Below are positions 9,126-18,638 of a stretch of DNA of 64,000 bases, piece after piece (within the stretch, counting starts at the first letter, position 1; every line of letters starts with the position of its first letter). This stretch comes from a bacterium (GTDB lineage Bacteria; Patescibacteriota; Minisyncoccia; 1-14-0-10-42-19), in NCBI GenBank assembly GCA_030690215.1, contig JAUYHD010000029.1, forward strand, positions 14,568 to 78,567. The letters are read 5' to 3'. The notes below the pieces were generated by a model. It had not been told where the DNA came from. It searched no databases and was given only the letters and a program-made list of their open reading frames with translations. A program made the translations under genes and the position numbers.

Positions 9126-9779
9126 TTATACCCTGAAAACGATAAGCTTATACCCGACAAAGTTCCACACAAGACCAGCGGCAGAACCCGCAACAGCGCC
9201 AATATTCGCCCACCCGTTTGCATCAATGCCGAATTGCGGCCCGATTATATTTACCACAAGAGTCGCGGCTCCCACATTTATTAAAAGGCCTATGATACTG
9301 ACAACAAAAAATTGGATGTATTCTTTGGAGACATCTTTTTTGGGAGCATCTGCGATCTCAAGAGATTCCAGATGAGCCGGAGCTTTTTTGCGGAATGTCC
9401 AAAATTTGTTCCAAAAATAACTATTTATATTCGCAATAATGAATGATGCGCCCTTGAATAACGAAAAATAAATGCCCGCGTTTACCCCGATAAAAAAAAT
9501 AAGCGCGTTTAATACCCCGAAATCAACCGCCGCATTTAAAAATCCCGTTACCGCAAATTTACTTGCTTGATAAAAAACACGAATCCACCGTGAAAGAAAC
9601 CCGCCAAGAAAAAGACCGAATGCCATAAGCACTGGGAGCCCGATAAGCAACATAAATTCTTGATATGGGATCGCAACCTCTATATTGCGTAAGACCGGAA
9701 ATAAAAAAATGCCCGTAAGAAACCCGGAGACGAGCGCGAGCAGATAATCTTTTTTAAAAAATCGCTGTTCCATATACAT
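9126..9779 (-). CDS. GtrA-family membrane protein
   Basis: KFAVTGFLNAAVDFG, NSYFWNKFWTF, WNFVGYKLIVF. Confidence 0.88.
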   Translation of the reverse strand: MYMEQRFFKKDYLLALVSGFLTGIFLFPVLRNIEVAIPYQEFMLLIGLPVLMAFGLFLGGFLSRWIRVFYQASKFAVTGFLNAAVDFGVLNALIFFIGVNAGIYFSLFKGASFIIANINSYFWNKFWTFRKKAPAHLESLEIADAPKKDVSKEYIQFFVVSIIGLLINVGAATLVVNIIGPQFGIDANGWANIGAVAGSAAGLVWNFVGYKLIVFRV

Positions 9780-10336
9780 TACAATGAATGGCTGCCGGCT
9801 TCTTTTATTCGTTCAATGTCGCCGCGCAACCCTAAAAGATAACGCTTCATGATAAAAAAGACGACGCCCAACACAACAAAAATAATAATAAACGCAAAAA
9901 GGACATAATAATTTAATAGAAGCGTGCCTTCTCCCAGTATAACCGCAACAATGGAAAGAAAATATAACGGAGAAGGAGAAGCAATCTTTTCCATAAACCG
10001 GAGGGGAATACTATGCCTGAAAGATGCGTATACAACAAAAAGGCCGTAGAGTACGAATGCAATTAATACCCAGGACTCAAACGACGAAAAGATGCTCCGT
10101 TTCATATCAAAAAGAAAAAGTACGCGCATGGCAACCAGACTTACCCAGACGAGAGACATCCCGCTCGTTAACGTAGAAGAAAATCCGAATTGTTCACGTT
10201 TATATTCTCCGAAATATAATTCTACGGCAACCCACACAACCAATAATGGCGCAAGCAAAAGCCATATGGAAAGATCCGCCGTAAGCACCCTGCCGATATT
10301 AAGAAAAGCGTCTGCGAGCGGTGTAATAAATGCCAT
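9779..10336 (-). CDS. Hypothetical multi-pass membrane protein
   Basis: About 5 TM segments, abuts both neighbours. Confidence 0.75.
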   Translation of the reverse strand: MAFITPLADAFLNIGRVLTADLSIWLLLAPLLVVWVAVELYFGEYKREQFGFSSTLTSGMSLVWVSLVAMRVLFLFDMKRSIFSSFESWVLIAFVLYGLFVVYASFRHSIPLRFMEKIASPSPLYFLSIVAVILGEGTLLLNYYVLFAFIIIFVVLGVVFFIMKRYLLGLRGDIERIKEAGSHSL

Positions 10337-10337
10337 A

Positions 10338-12764
10338 TTATTGGTATCGTCTCGTAATTTCTTCTTCTATTTCTTTTTTGGGACGGCCGTATTTTTGCGA
10401 TGACAACTCTTTAATTGCTTCTGCGGCAACCTCGTTGCTTTCTTTTGGAGGAAGTGTCCTAAGGTTAAATGGTTTTACCGCTTGGCCATCTATAAGCATT
10501 TTAATATACGCCTGAAAATTCTCTATGTTTGTCAAATCATGCGCAGAGAATATCGGCTCAAATTGCTTCTCTACGATTTCCGCATCCTCGCGTCCGATAC
10601 GAAACGAAACTATAGTTCCTACATTTCCAAATACGGATTTTCGGATTTCATCAGACAATTGCCCGATAAACTGATGCGCCATGATAAGATTTAATTTATA
10701 TTTACGCGCTTCAGAAAGAATGGTTGCGATAGAGGGCGTTGTGATGCTCTGAAATTCATCAAGATACAAAAAGAAGTCGCGGCGCTTTTCCTGGCTTGCT
10801 TCACTCGCGCGGGAGAACGCAGCCATAAGAATCTTCCCGACAATCACTAATCCCAAAAGCGCGGAATTCGTCTCCCCCACCCTCCCCTTAGAAAGATTCA
10901 CAAGAAGTATCTTGCCGTTATCCATTACATCCCGCATCTGAAAAGCAGATTGTTGTTGCGCGATAATAGGACGCACGATATCGTTTGAAAGGAATGTGTC
11001 AAATTTAGATGTAATATACGGAATCATGTTTTGGAGCGCGTGCTCTCCTCCTGTTTTCTCCGCGATGTCTTTCCAAAATACATTCACTAAAGGATTTTTT
11101 GAACGGGAAAGTTTATATTCACGAAATGCTTTATCCGAAAGCACGCGGATAATTTCTAAAAGCGTGTTGCCGGATGCGGGGTCTTCTAATACTAAATGCG
11201 TTGCATTCCTAAAATACTGTTCAAACATTGGTCCGCCGGCAAGCTCCATGTTATACAACTTATTGAAAATGGCGAGCAACTCATCAACAACAAACGTTTT
11301 TTGTTCGGGATAGCGCTCATCATATTCAAGAAAATTAAGCCCCATAGGCATCGCGGTATCTCCCGGGTCAAAATAGATAACGTCTCCGACGCGCTTTTCA
11401 GGAATTTGCCCCAATATATCGCTTACCATATCGCCATGCGGATCTATCACGCAAAGACCCTGCCCCGCCTCAATGTCCTGACGGATCATGTGCTTCATGA
11501 ATTCTGATTTTCCGGTTCCGGTTTGTCCAATGATATATGCATGGCGCCTCCGGTCGTCAAGCTTCATACGCACATCGCGACTTTCTCCGCGAAATGTATT
11601 CACCCCCAACCGAATCCCCTCCGTGGGAACATTCGCGGGCGCTGGAGCATCCTTTGACTTGAGCGTTTTTAATTTTGGGGCAGAGACAACACCGTACGGA
11701 AAATGAAAAATAGTCGTAAGCTCACGCGCATTCAAATATACTCCGTGCGCCCCCGAAAATATACGAAATGAGAATCGGTAAAAAAAATCTTGCGCATGCG
11801 ATTTTTTAATGTCTCGCGCAACAAATTGGTTTCCCTGCGGCTCTGAAAATTGTAAAAACGCCGAGGAAAGCTCTTGTATAATGCCTTCGGCTTCTTCTTC
11901 CGTGGGGGCTGACGCAATAAGACGAATGTTTACCTTAAAAATCGGGGAATTCAACTTCTCATTCACCAACTTTATCACTTCTTCATTCACGCGATGTTTT
12001 TGTTCTTCTTTTTTTTGCTTTGCGGCTGGAGACGGCCCGGAAAATGTATGCATTGTTTTTGAAAATTCGTCCATCCATCCTTTTGTAGCACTCGCAGAGA
12101 GCGAATTGCCGCCAAGAAGCATTTCGCGCGCCCGTTTAATTTTTTCTGTTGCACGCGATTCTGCGGTCTCAACAATAATCTGAAGAGCTGCTCCTTCCCC
12201 CTTTTTCTTTAATTTGGAAAACGCATTCGCGATGACCTCCAGCGGGTCTGCTTCTAATTTATCGTAGGTGCGGATGGGAAGCGCAAAATTTCGCGCCGTC
12301 GTGATAATCGCGCCCTTGCTTGCGCCCTCCGCATTAAAAATATTGTAATCATGTTCGGAGACTTCTAATCGTGCATGCGGGAATAGACTTTCCAACTGCT
12401 TTTCAAAAATACGGCTATGCTGTTTTTGTACGCCGACATAAAATGTTATTTCTTCCCCCACATCGGGTAATGCAAGTTCCAATACATAAAAATTTTTTTC
12501 TGTGCCCCACGCTGTTTTTGTTTCGCTTATCGCGCTCATCCCGCTATAAAATTGTTCCATGATGGAAATAAAATTTTTAAATCCGCCCTCGCCAATCGGA
12601 GATTCTTCTTCTGAAAATGTCACTTCATACAGAATAAATTGGAGAGAACGCTCAAATTGTTTGCGCGTACGCCTATGATTTACAAAAAACAATACGGCCG
12701 CAAAAACAATAAGGCCTGCGATACTGTATGGAATATATGCGGTAAAACCGTATATGAGCGCCAT
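10338..12764 (-). CDS. VirB4/VirD4/HerA-like P-loop ATPase with N-terminal TM anchor
   Basis: RRRHAYIIGQTGTGKS (Walker A), IDPHGD, LYLDEFQ (Walker B), LSEARKY..AHQ. Confidence 0.88.
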   Translation of the reverse strand: MALIYGFTAYIPYSIAGLIVFAAVLFFVNHRRTRKQFERSLQFILYEVTFSEEESPIGEGGFKNFISIMEQFYSGMSAISETKTAWGTEKNFYVLELALPDVGEEITFYVGVQKQHSRIFEKQLESLFPHARLEVSEHDYNIFNAEGASKGAIITTARNFALPIRTYDKLEADPLEVIANAFSKLKKKGEGAALQIIVETAESRATEKIKRAREMLLGGNSLSASATKGWMDEFSKTMHTFSGPSPAAKQKKEEQKHRVNEEVIKLVNEKLNSPIFKVNIRLIASAPTEEEAEGIIQELSSAFLQFSEPQGNQFVARDIKKSHAQDFFYRFSFRIFSGAHGVYLNARELTTIFHFPYGVVSAPKLKTLKSKDAPAPANVPTEGIRLGVNTFRGESRDVRMKLDDRRRHAYIIGQTGTGKSEFMKHMIRQDIEAGQGLCVIDPHGDMVSDILGQIPEKRVGDVIYFDPGDTAMPMGLNFLEYDERYPEQKTFVVDELLAIFNKLYNMELAGGPMFEQYFRNATHLVLEDPASGNTLLEIIRVLSDKAFREYKLSRSKNPLVNVFWKDIAEKTGGEHALQNMIPYITSKFDTFLSNDIVRPIIAQQQSAFQMRDVMDNGKILLVNLSKGRVGETNSALLGLVIVGKILMAAFSRASEASQEKRRDFFLYLDEFQSITTPSIATILSEARKYKLNLIMAHQFIGQLSDEIRKSVFGNVGTIVSFRIGREDAEIVEKQFEPIFSAHDLTNIENFQAYIKMLIDGQAVKPFNLRTLPPKESNEVAAEAIKELSSQKYGRPKKEIEEEITRRYQ

Positions 12765-12769
12765 GTGAA

Positions 12770-13165
12770 TTATGACGAAGATGCTGAATTATCGTGGGAC
12801 AATAATGTTTCTATAAGATAATCATGAAAATCATCAAGGAGATGGGGGTTAGCAAGACCCCGAGCAACTTTGAGGGCGGACAGTATTCCTTTTTCCTCCG
12901 CGATTGCCATAAGCTCGCCTATTTGTTCGTGATGCTCTTCTTCCTTGATTGCCTTTGTTTTCTTATGCGTGTCATCGTCAGTCAGCGCATACGCCCCCAG
13001 AGGCTTTGGCGCTTTTTCAATGGCTTCGTATAATATTTCTTTTGCCGCTTCCTTACGCGGTGTCGGTTCTCTTCCTTCGCTCTTTGTTTTTGTCTCAAGT
13101 TGGTCCCGGAGCCACGCGATTTCTTCTTGCGGAGAAGAAAACGGCTGTTCTGGTGAAGTGTTCAT
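12770..13165 (-). CDS. Conserved-looking hypothetical protein, first gene of the ATPase operon
   Basis: Helical 131-aa ORF with NPHLLDDFHD motif, 5 nt upstream of the ATPase. Confidence 0.75.
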   Translation of the reverse strand: MNTSPEQPFSSPQEEIAWLRDQLETKTKSEGREPTPRKEAAKEILYEAIEKAPKPLGAYALTDDDTHKKTKAIKEEEHHEQIGELMAIAEEKGILSALKVARGLANPHLLDDFHDYLIETLLSHDNSASSS

Positions 13166-13173
13166 ATTTCTAT

Positions 13174-13181
13174 ATTATAAT
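13174..13181. promoter_or_regulatory. Bidirectional -10 box (ATTATAAT) for two divergent leaderless genes
   Basis: TATAAT on + (13176-13181, 6 nt before ATG 13188) and on - (13179-13174, 8 nt before ATG 13165). Confidence 0.65.
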
Positions 13182-13187
13182 AGAACT

Positions 13188-14828
13188 ATGCGAAAAATAC
13201 ATATTGTATTGCTTCTCCTCATCCTCGGGATTGCCGTTTTCCTGCGCGTATTCAATCTCCAAGACATACCGCCCGGCGTCTATCCGGATGTCGCGATGAA
13301 CGGCAACAACGCGCTCTACACGCTTGATACGGGAACTCCGGAGGTATTTTATCCCGAAAACAACGGCAGAGAGGGTCTTTTTATCGTTCTATTGGCGTGG
13401 CTCATGTCCATATTCGGCCAAGATATATGGGTACTGCGGTTGCCGTCCGCATTATTCGGAATTTTGACCGTGTTTGGGACATATCTTCTTACCAAGGAGC
13501 TTTTCCGCGAAACCCATAAGGACAAAGCTGAGGTTATAGCGCTACTTGCGGCTTTTTTTATAGCAACATCATTCTGGCATATTAATTTTTCACGAATAGG
13601 ATTTCGGGCGATTATGGCTCCGTTCTTCCTCACATTCGGATTTTATTTTCTTTGGCTGACGCTTCGGAAAGATATTTCCGCTACCAAAAGAATTCTTGCC
13701 GCAACGTTGGGCGGGGTTTTCTTTGGGGGAGGATTTTATTCTTATATTGCATACCGAGTAATGCCCCTTTTGCTTATTATACCGGCCGTACGCATGTGGC
13801 AGATACAGGGATTTAAAAATATAGGTAAAAAAGGATGTATATGGTGTTCCTTTGCGCTTTTCCTCTTTTTCTCATTCGTTGCGGTGGTGCCGCTTGGAAT
13901 GTATTTCTTAGAACATCCGGCTGATTTTTTGGGACGCACCGCGCAAATTTCTGTCTTTGATACCCCATCCCCCCTCAAAACCCTCACAACAAATACGATC
14001 CAGACGCTCGGAATGTTCTGGTTTTCGGGAGATACAAATTGGCGACATAACTTTTCGGGAGCGCCTCAACTTTGGTTTCCTGTCGGAATATTATTCGCGC
14101 TCGGCATCCTAGTGCACGTCTCATCTCTCCGCAAAAAAAAATATTGGCATACATCGCTCTTCCTTTTGGGGTGGATTGCGCTTGGATTGCTGCCGGTCAT
14201 TTTTTCAAACGAGGGGATCCCGCATGCGCTTCGCGCGCTTCTTGTAATCCCGCCTGTCATGATTCTTGCCGCGCATGCATTCTCGTCAATTATCCATGGG
14301 ACGGCGGACTGGCTTGCCACAAAAGAACACTACGCCCCGCAATCAAAAAAACAGCTTAAAAGAATCCAAAAAGAACTACTCGTACTGCTTTTTGTCTTTC
14401 TTGTTGCGGGAGCATCACAAGCATATAACCAATATTTTATCCGTTGGGCATACCACCCCGAAACATACAATGCCTCAAGCGGTAATTATACGGGGCTCGG
14501 CATCTGGCTTGCGCAACAACCGAATGAGATAAAAAAATACATTATTATCAATGCCGGTGGAACGCCCGTACACATTCCCGGAAGCACAGAATCCATTCCT
14601 ATGCCCTCCCAAACGATTATGTTCCTCACTGACAGCTGGAGCGCCGATAAACAAAAAGAGAAAAATATTGTATATCTTCTCCCCGAAAAAATAGAATTGC
14701 TTACCTGCAGCGATCACTGCATTGTCGCAATGCTTGAACGCGATGAAATGCTTCGCTTTCGTATCCGCGAACATATCCCTGAACTTCATCTGTCCCCGGA
14801 GACCGGCTACCTTATTCTCCAAAAATAA
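13188..14828 (+). CDS. ArnT/PMT-family (GT-C) glycosyltransferase
   Basis: LRVFNL..PPG.YPD, RLPSALFG, WHINFSRIGFR, many TMs; start refined to ATG 13188. Confidence 0.85.
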   Translation: MRKIHIVLLLLILGIAVFLRVFNLQDIPPGVYPDVAMNGNNALYTLDTGTPEVFYPENNGREGLFIVLLAWLMSIFGQDIWVLRLPSALFGILTVFGTYLLTKELFRETHKDKAEVIALLAAFFIATSFWHINFSRIGFRAIMAPFFLTFGFYFLWLTLRKDISATKRILAATLGGVFFGGGFYSYIAYRVMPLLLIIPAVRMWQIQGFKNIGKKGCIWCSFALFLFFSFVAVVPLGMYFLEHPADFLGRTAQISVFDTPSPLKTLTTNTIQTLGMFWFSGDTNWRHNFSGAPQLWFPVGILFALGILVHVSSLRKKKYWHTSLFLLGWIALGLLPVIFSNEGIPHALRALLVIPPVMILAAHAFSSIIHGTADWLATKEHYAPQSKKQLKRIQKELLVLLFVFLVAGASQAYNQYFIRWAYHPETYNASSGNYTGLGIWLAQQPNEIKKYIIINAGGTPVHIPGSTESIPMPSQTIMFLTDSWSADKQKEKNIVYLLPEKIELLTCSDHCIVAMLERDEMLRFRIREHIPELHLSPETGYLILQK

Positions 14829-14830
14829 AT

Positions 14831-16681
14831 ATGGTACATAAACGCCCCGCAAACACTATAGCTCTTATCTTGCTTGCGCTATTCTTCGTTCTCATGCTTT
14901 TTTCGGCACTTCCGGAATCGGCAATCATGGACGAACTCGCCCACATCCCTGCATCCTACTCGTATGTAGCGAAACAGGATTATCGTCTCAACCCCGAACA
15001 TCCTCCGCTTGCAAAAGATCTTGCGGGCATCCCGCTTCTTTTTCTCAACCTTAATTTTCCAATCGATGTCTCCGCGTGGACTACCGATATAAACGGACAA
15101 TGGACAATGGGGTCTATCTTTTTATATGAGGCAGAAAATAATCCTGACTCTATTCTTTTTTGGGCGCGTTTCCCGCTCATGCTTTTAGCGCTTCTTTTCG
15201 GGTGGCTTTTGTATCGCTGGGCATCAGGCGCGTATGGGGGAAAGGTCGGGCTTCTTTCGTTATTCTTTTTTACGACATCGCCAACTATTATCGCGCATGC
15301 GCGCTATGTGACAACCGATCTTGCGGCGGCCTTTGCGTTCTTTATAGGGCTCGCCTCTTTTTTTACCTATCTTCTCTCTCCCTCCAAAAAAACGCTTGCT
15401 CTTGCGGGTATCGCATTCGGTATTGCGCAACTTCTTAAATTTTCGCTTATTCTTCTCATACCCATATATGTTGTCTTGGGAACACTATGGGTGTTCTTGT
15501 TCCATCTTGATCATATGCGCGCATTGCCCTCCTTCTCAAAACGACTTTTTCATTTTCTACACCACGAAATAAAACTCATTGGCAATCTTGTTCTCATTGG
15601 TCTCATCGGCGTAATCATCATATATGCTGTATACGCATTCCATGTTTGGAATTATCCCGAAGACATGCAAATTCGAGACATGACATATAACTTAGAAACC
15701 GTGCGCTTCCAGCCTATCGCGGAGACCCTCATCACTCTCTCCGACTTCCCCGTGCTTCGCCCGCTTACGCAATACGCGCACGGTCTTTTAATGGTTATTA
15801 ACCGAGGCACACACGGAAACACTACATACTTTTTAGGAGAGGTTACCAATAACGGGTGGTTCCATTATTTCCCAACAGCATATCTTCTTAAAGAACAGCT
15901 TGCTCTACACATACTTACGCTTTTAGCCATCATTCTTTTTCTTACAGCAATCGTCAGAAGTCATGAAAAAACAATCTTCTCTCTTCTTGAGTGGATGCGG
16001 GACAATTTCGTGATCACCGGCAGCATATTTTTTATTGTTGTATATTGGGCTAGCTCTGTCGCAAGCCCGCTTAACATAGGGGTGCGCCATGTTTTACCTA
16101 CATTCCCGTTTATTTTTCTCATCATATCCCGTGAAATTATCCGCTGGACGCATCACGTCACGTTTACCGATCCCCGAACGCTTAAAGAATGGCTCATCTC
16201 TCTCTACGAACTTGCGATAAAGCGCATCCCTAAATTCATTTTTATTGCAGCCACACTTGTCTGGATGGGGATTACGACACTTCTTGCGTTCCCCCATTAT
16301 CTTCCTTACTACAATGTACTTGGCGGCGGGACAGAGCATGGTTATCAATATATTACCGATTCAAATTATGATTGGGGGCAAGATTTAAAACGCCTCAAAA
16401 CATTTGTTGACGAAAATAGTATTGAGCATATCCGGCTTAATTACTTCGGCGGCGGATCGCCCCGCTATTATTTGGGGAATACATACGAAGAATGGTATTC
16501 GGCGAAAGGAGAGCCTGAAGAAGGATGGTTTGCGGTATCCGCAACGCTCCGGCAAGGATCGTGGGGAACGCCCATCCGCGGATGGGAAACAAAACCCGAA
16601 GACAGCTATAGCTGGCTTCGCGATAAAGAACCGGTCGCGCGTGCGGGGTATTCAATATTTATCTATAATCTTGCCCCGTAG
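14831..16681 (+). CDS. ArnT/PMT-family (GT-C) glycosyltransferase
   Basis: DELAHIPA, NPEHPPLAK, AHARYVTTD, DSNYDWGQDL; TAG stop lies inside the left end of the downstream element. Confidence 0.85.
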   Translation: MVHKRPANTIALILLALFFVLMLFSALPESAIMDELAHIPASYSYVAKQDYRLNPEHPPLAKDLAGIPLLFLNLNFPIDVSAWTTDINGQWTMGSIFLYEAENNPDSILFWARFPLMLLALLFGWLLYRWASGAYGGKVGLLSLFFFTTSPTIIAHARYVTTDLAAAFAFFIGLASFFTYLLSPSKKTLALAGIAFGIAQLLKFSLILLIPIYVVLGTLWVFLFHLDHMRALPSFSKRLFHFLHHEIKLIGNLVLIGLIGVIIIYAVYAFHVWNYPEDMQIRDMTYNLETVRFQPIAETLITLSDFPVLRPLTQYAHGLLMVINRGTHGNTTYFLGEVTNNGWFHYFPTAYLLKEQLALHILTLLAIILFLTAIVRSHEKTIFSLLEWMRDNFVITGSIFFIVVYWASSVASPLNIGVRHVLPTFPFIFLIISREIIRWTHHVTFTDPRTLKEWLISLYELAIKRIPKFIFIAATLVWMGITTLLAFPHYLPYYNVLGGGTEHGYQYITDSNYDWGQDLKRLKTFVDENSIEHIRLNYFGGGSPRYYLGNTYEEWYSAKGEPEEGWFAVSATLRQGSWGTPIRGWETKPEDSYSWLRDKEPVARAGYSIFIYNLAP

Positions 16682-16811
16682 AGCAATATCGCATAATAAG
16701 CTATGCGTTCGCCGCTGGAGGTCAAAAACTATCCCATGTTCTTACTTTTTTGCAAATGGTATTTTGTATAAGAGCTTATAAGAACACGCTATGCGATATT
16801 GTCTTACGGGG
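16674..16811. mobile_element. 138-bp MITE-like element
   Basis: 22-bp imperfect TIR CCCCGTAGAGCAATATCGCATA / TATGCGATATTGTCTTACGGGG; flanks CTTG/TTTG; sibling at 36260-36399. Confidence 0.8.
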
Positions 16812-16872
16812 TTTGACAAAAACTAAGAAAAGACATACCCTATAAAAAGAATGTTCCTAAAAGGAGTCAATA

Positions 16873-17061
16873 ATGAATATATCTGGCTTTTTCCTGGTCG
16901 GGATCCAATGGTTTGCTATTCTACTCACTGCAGCACTAATTTTGTTTGGTGTCGCCATACGTCTTTTCCCGCACCTTCGTTATAAAAAATGGGTGCACAG
17001 CGTCATTGAGTGTATCGGCAATACAGAGATTCCGGAAAAATATAAAACGTACAAAAAGTAA
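16873..17061 (+). CDS. Small single-TM protein (62 aa)
   Basis: SD AAGGAG, TTGACA at 16813; paralog at 17422-17622. Confidence 0.65.
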   Translation: MNISGFFLVGIQWFAILLTAALILFGVAIRLFPHLRYKKWVHSVIECIGNTEIPEKYKTYKK

Positions 17062-17107
17062 CGCAGTTCCTATAATGACCAGAAACCAAAAAGGAGGTTC
17101 TTTAACA

Positions 17108-17311
17108 ATGGCGCATATTTTTATATTTTTATCCGGTCTTAGTTTTGGATGCTTTGTTACAGTAATGAAAATTAACTTAATAATTGATTCTTCACTCAAT
17201 GAATTGGGTATGCTACTTTTTGCGGGTGTCGGAGTTATGGCATTACTGTTTGGTATTCAGGGAATTAACAAAGATAAAAGAAACCCTAAGCCCCCAAAAA
17301 CGGAAAAATAA
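17108..17311 (+). CDS. Small two-TM protein (67 aa, MAHIFIFLSG...)
   Basis: SD AAAAGGAGG upstream; hydrophobic; start refined from the 121-aa ORF. Confidence 0.65.
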   Translation: MAHIFIFLSGLSFGCFVTVMKINLIIDSSLNELGMLLFAGVGVMALLFGIQGINKDKRNPKPPKTEK

Positions 17312-17421
17312 GATATAAAATCTGTGCCTATTTTTACTTCTATTCGATATCGTCTAATAGAGTTCGACGAAGAATAAATAAATTACTATGATGTAAAAAA
17401 TAAAAAGGAGGTTTTCCAAAA

Positions 17422-17622
17422 ATGGTAGCATTTCTAGATACATTTATGCCCTGGGTGGCCGTTATTGCCGGCATTATTCTAATTTTTATGTTCAGTCTCC
17501 CTATTCTTGCCAAGCTCTTTCCGAAACTTCTCCGAAGAAGATGATTCTACTCGCTTTTTAAATCCATCGTTGTCGGCATAGGAAACCGCGAAATCTCAGA
17601 AGAAGAAAAGACGAAAAAATAA
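17422..17622 (+). pseudogene. Paralog of 16873-17061 with an internal TGA at a Trp-equivalent position
   Basis: MVAFLDT...LFPKLLRRR*FYSLFKSIVVGIGNREISEEEKTKK aligns with LFPHLRYKKWVHSVIECIGNTEIPEKYKTYKK; TGA at 17542-17544. Confidence 0.65.
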
Positions 17623-17627
17623 GATAC

Positions 17628-17660
17628 AAAAACCCCCTAACAACAGGGGTTTTTATTTTT
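17628..17660 (+). terminator. Intrinsic terminator of the small-protein cluster
   Basis: AAAAACCCC..GGGGTTTTT followed by ATTTTT. Confidence 0.7.
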
Positions 17661-17669
17661 CTTTCCCTT

Positions 17670-17699
17670 CTGGATACGCTCAACCTGGATACGCTCAAC
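17670..17699. repeat. Perfect 15-bp tandem duplication
   Basis: CTGGATACGCTCAAC x2. Confidence 0.85.
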
Positions 17700-17716
17700 T
17701 CTTAAATACCCCCAAC

Positions 17717-17756
17717 AAATCAACGAAGAACTACGATCGTTGTTCTTTGTTGATTT
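17717..17756. repeat. 40-bp palindrome, copy 1 (downstream of PaaX/Cas2-like gene)
   Basis: AAATCAACGAAGAACTACGATCGTTGTTCTTTGTTGATTT. Confidence 0.9.
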
Positions 17757-17903
17757 ATGATTCTTCCCGCTCTTACTAAGAATCACACCTCTCTCCCCAA
17801 GGAACGACGGTACAAGGCCGGGGGTTTCATTGCCACAGATAGAAACAAAAATATGGGATACGGTCTTGAAAAACTTGAGACTGAAAGACTTGCTTTTAGT
17901 GTC

Positions 17904-18482
17904 TCATCCAAGCTTAAAATATTTCTTAAGATGAAATTCATTATCAAGCGAATCGGCAATAATAAAACGGGTGTAGGGACGTGCATAAAAAAATTCAATT
18001 ACAAAATCAACTTCATCCTGACATTCAAATGGATGTACAAATACACTTTTTTGATATTCAAAAAATCCGGCTCGTATCAATGCGCGCCGCAAGGCGTCCC
18101 GAATCACACGTGATTTCTCAGGTATATCAAATAACACTATGCGCCACTTCCCATCCCATTTTTCCATGGGAGCAACACGGATGGCATCAATTTTATATCT
18201 GAGCGCTTTTTCTTCCCCCTTTTGCGTAAGCACGAGAGTATATGTTCCGTCTTTATTACGTACCGTTTTGATTAGCCGAGAATTATAAAGACTTTTAATG
18301 GCGCGATGAAGAGCTTTTTGATCAACTTCCTTCCACCAATGAGCAACACCCCTTACAATGTTAAAATATTTTTTTGGGTTATGATTCAAGCCCAACAACG
18401 CTCCTCCTAAAAGCAAAATAAGAACTTTTTGCGAATTTGGCCCAAGATTAAAACCTCGTTTTGTTTTTTTGCGATATTCCAT
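17904..18482 (-). CDS. PaaX-like protein (wHTH + Cas2-like C-terminal domain)
   Basis: Wing YTLVLTQKG then WDGKWRIVLFDIPE..R..LR..L...GF...QKSVF; start refined to ATG 18482. Confidence 0.85.
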   Translation of the reverse strand: MEYRKKTKRGFNLGPNSQKVLILLLGGALLGLNHNPKKYFNIVRGVAHWWKEVDQKALHRAIKSLYNSRLIKTVRNKDGTYTLVLTQKGEEKALRYKIDAIRVAPMEKWDGKWRIVLFDIPEKSRVIRDALRRALIRAGFFEYQKSVFVHPFECQDEVDFVIEFFYARPYTRFIIADSLDNEFHLKKYFKLG

Positions 18483-18492
18483 AATTAAATAG

Positions 18493-18532
18493 AAATACAC
18501 GAAGAACTACGATCGTTGTTCTATGTGGATTT
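18493..18532. repeat. 40-bp palindrome, copy 2 (10 bp upstream of the PaaX-like start)
   Basis: AAATACACGAAGAACTACGATCGTTGTTCTATGTGGATTT; 24-bp core identical to copy 1. Confidence 0.9.
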
Positions 18533-18578
18533 TGCTCATTATATCATTTTATTGCTATTTAACTGTACGGGGGCGGGG

Positions 18579-18607
18579 TTGACAAAGAATAAATATTTTG
18601 ATATAAT
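18579..18607 (+). promoter_or_regulatory. Consensus sigma70 promoter
   Basis: TTGACA-17 bp-TATAAT. Confidence 0.85.
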
Positions 18608-18638
18608 GTAGAAAACTAACAAAGAGGAGGAGTCTTAA

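Noticed and set aside
10338-12764. Conjugative element/ICE suggested by the VirB4/D4-like ATPase
   Set aside because: No relaxase, integrase or other T4SS genes; it sits in an operon with housekeeping-type membrane genes.
16813-17660. Integron cassette array
   Set aside because: No attC-like RYYYAAC..GTTRRRY sites and no integrase seen.
17904-18482. cas2 of a CRISPR-Cas locus
   Set aside because: Has an N-terminal wHTH (PaaX architecture); no cas1, effector genes or repeat-spacer array in the window.
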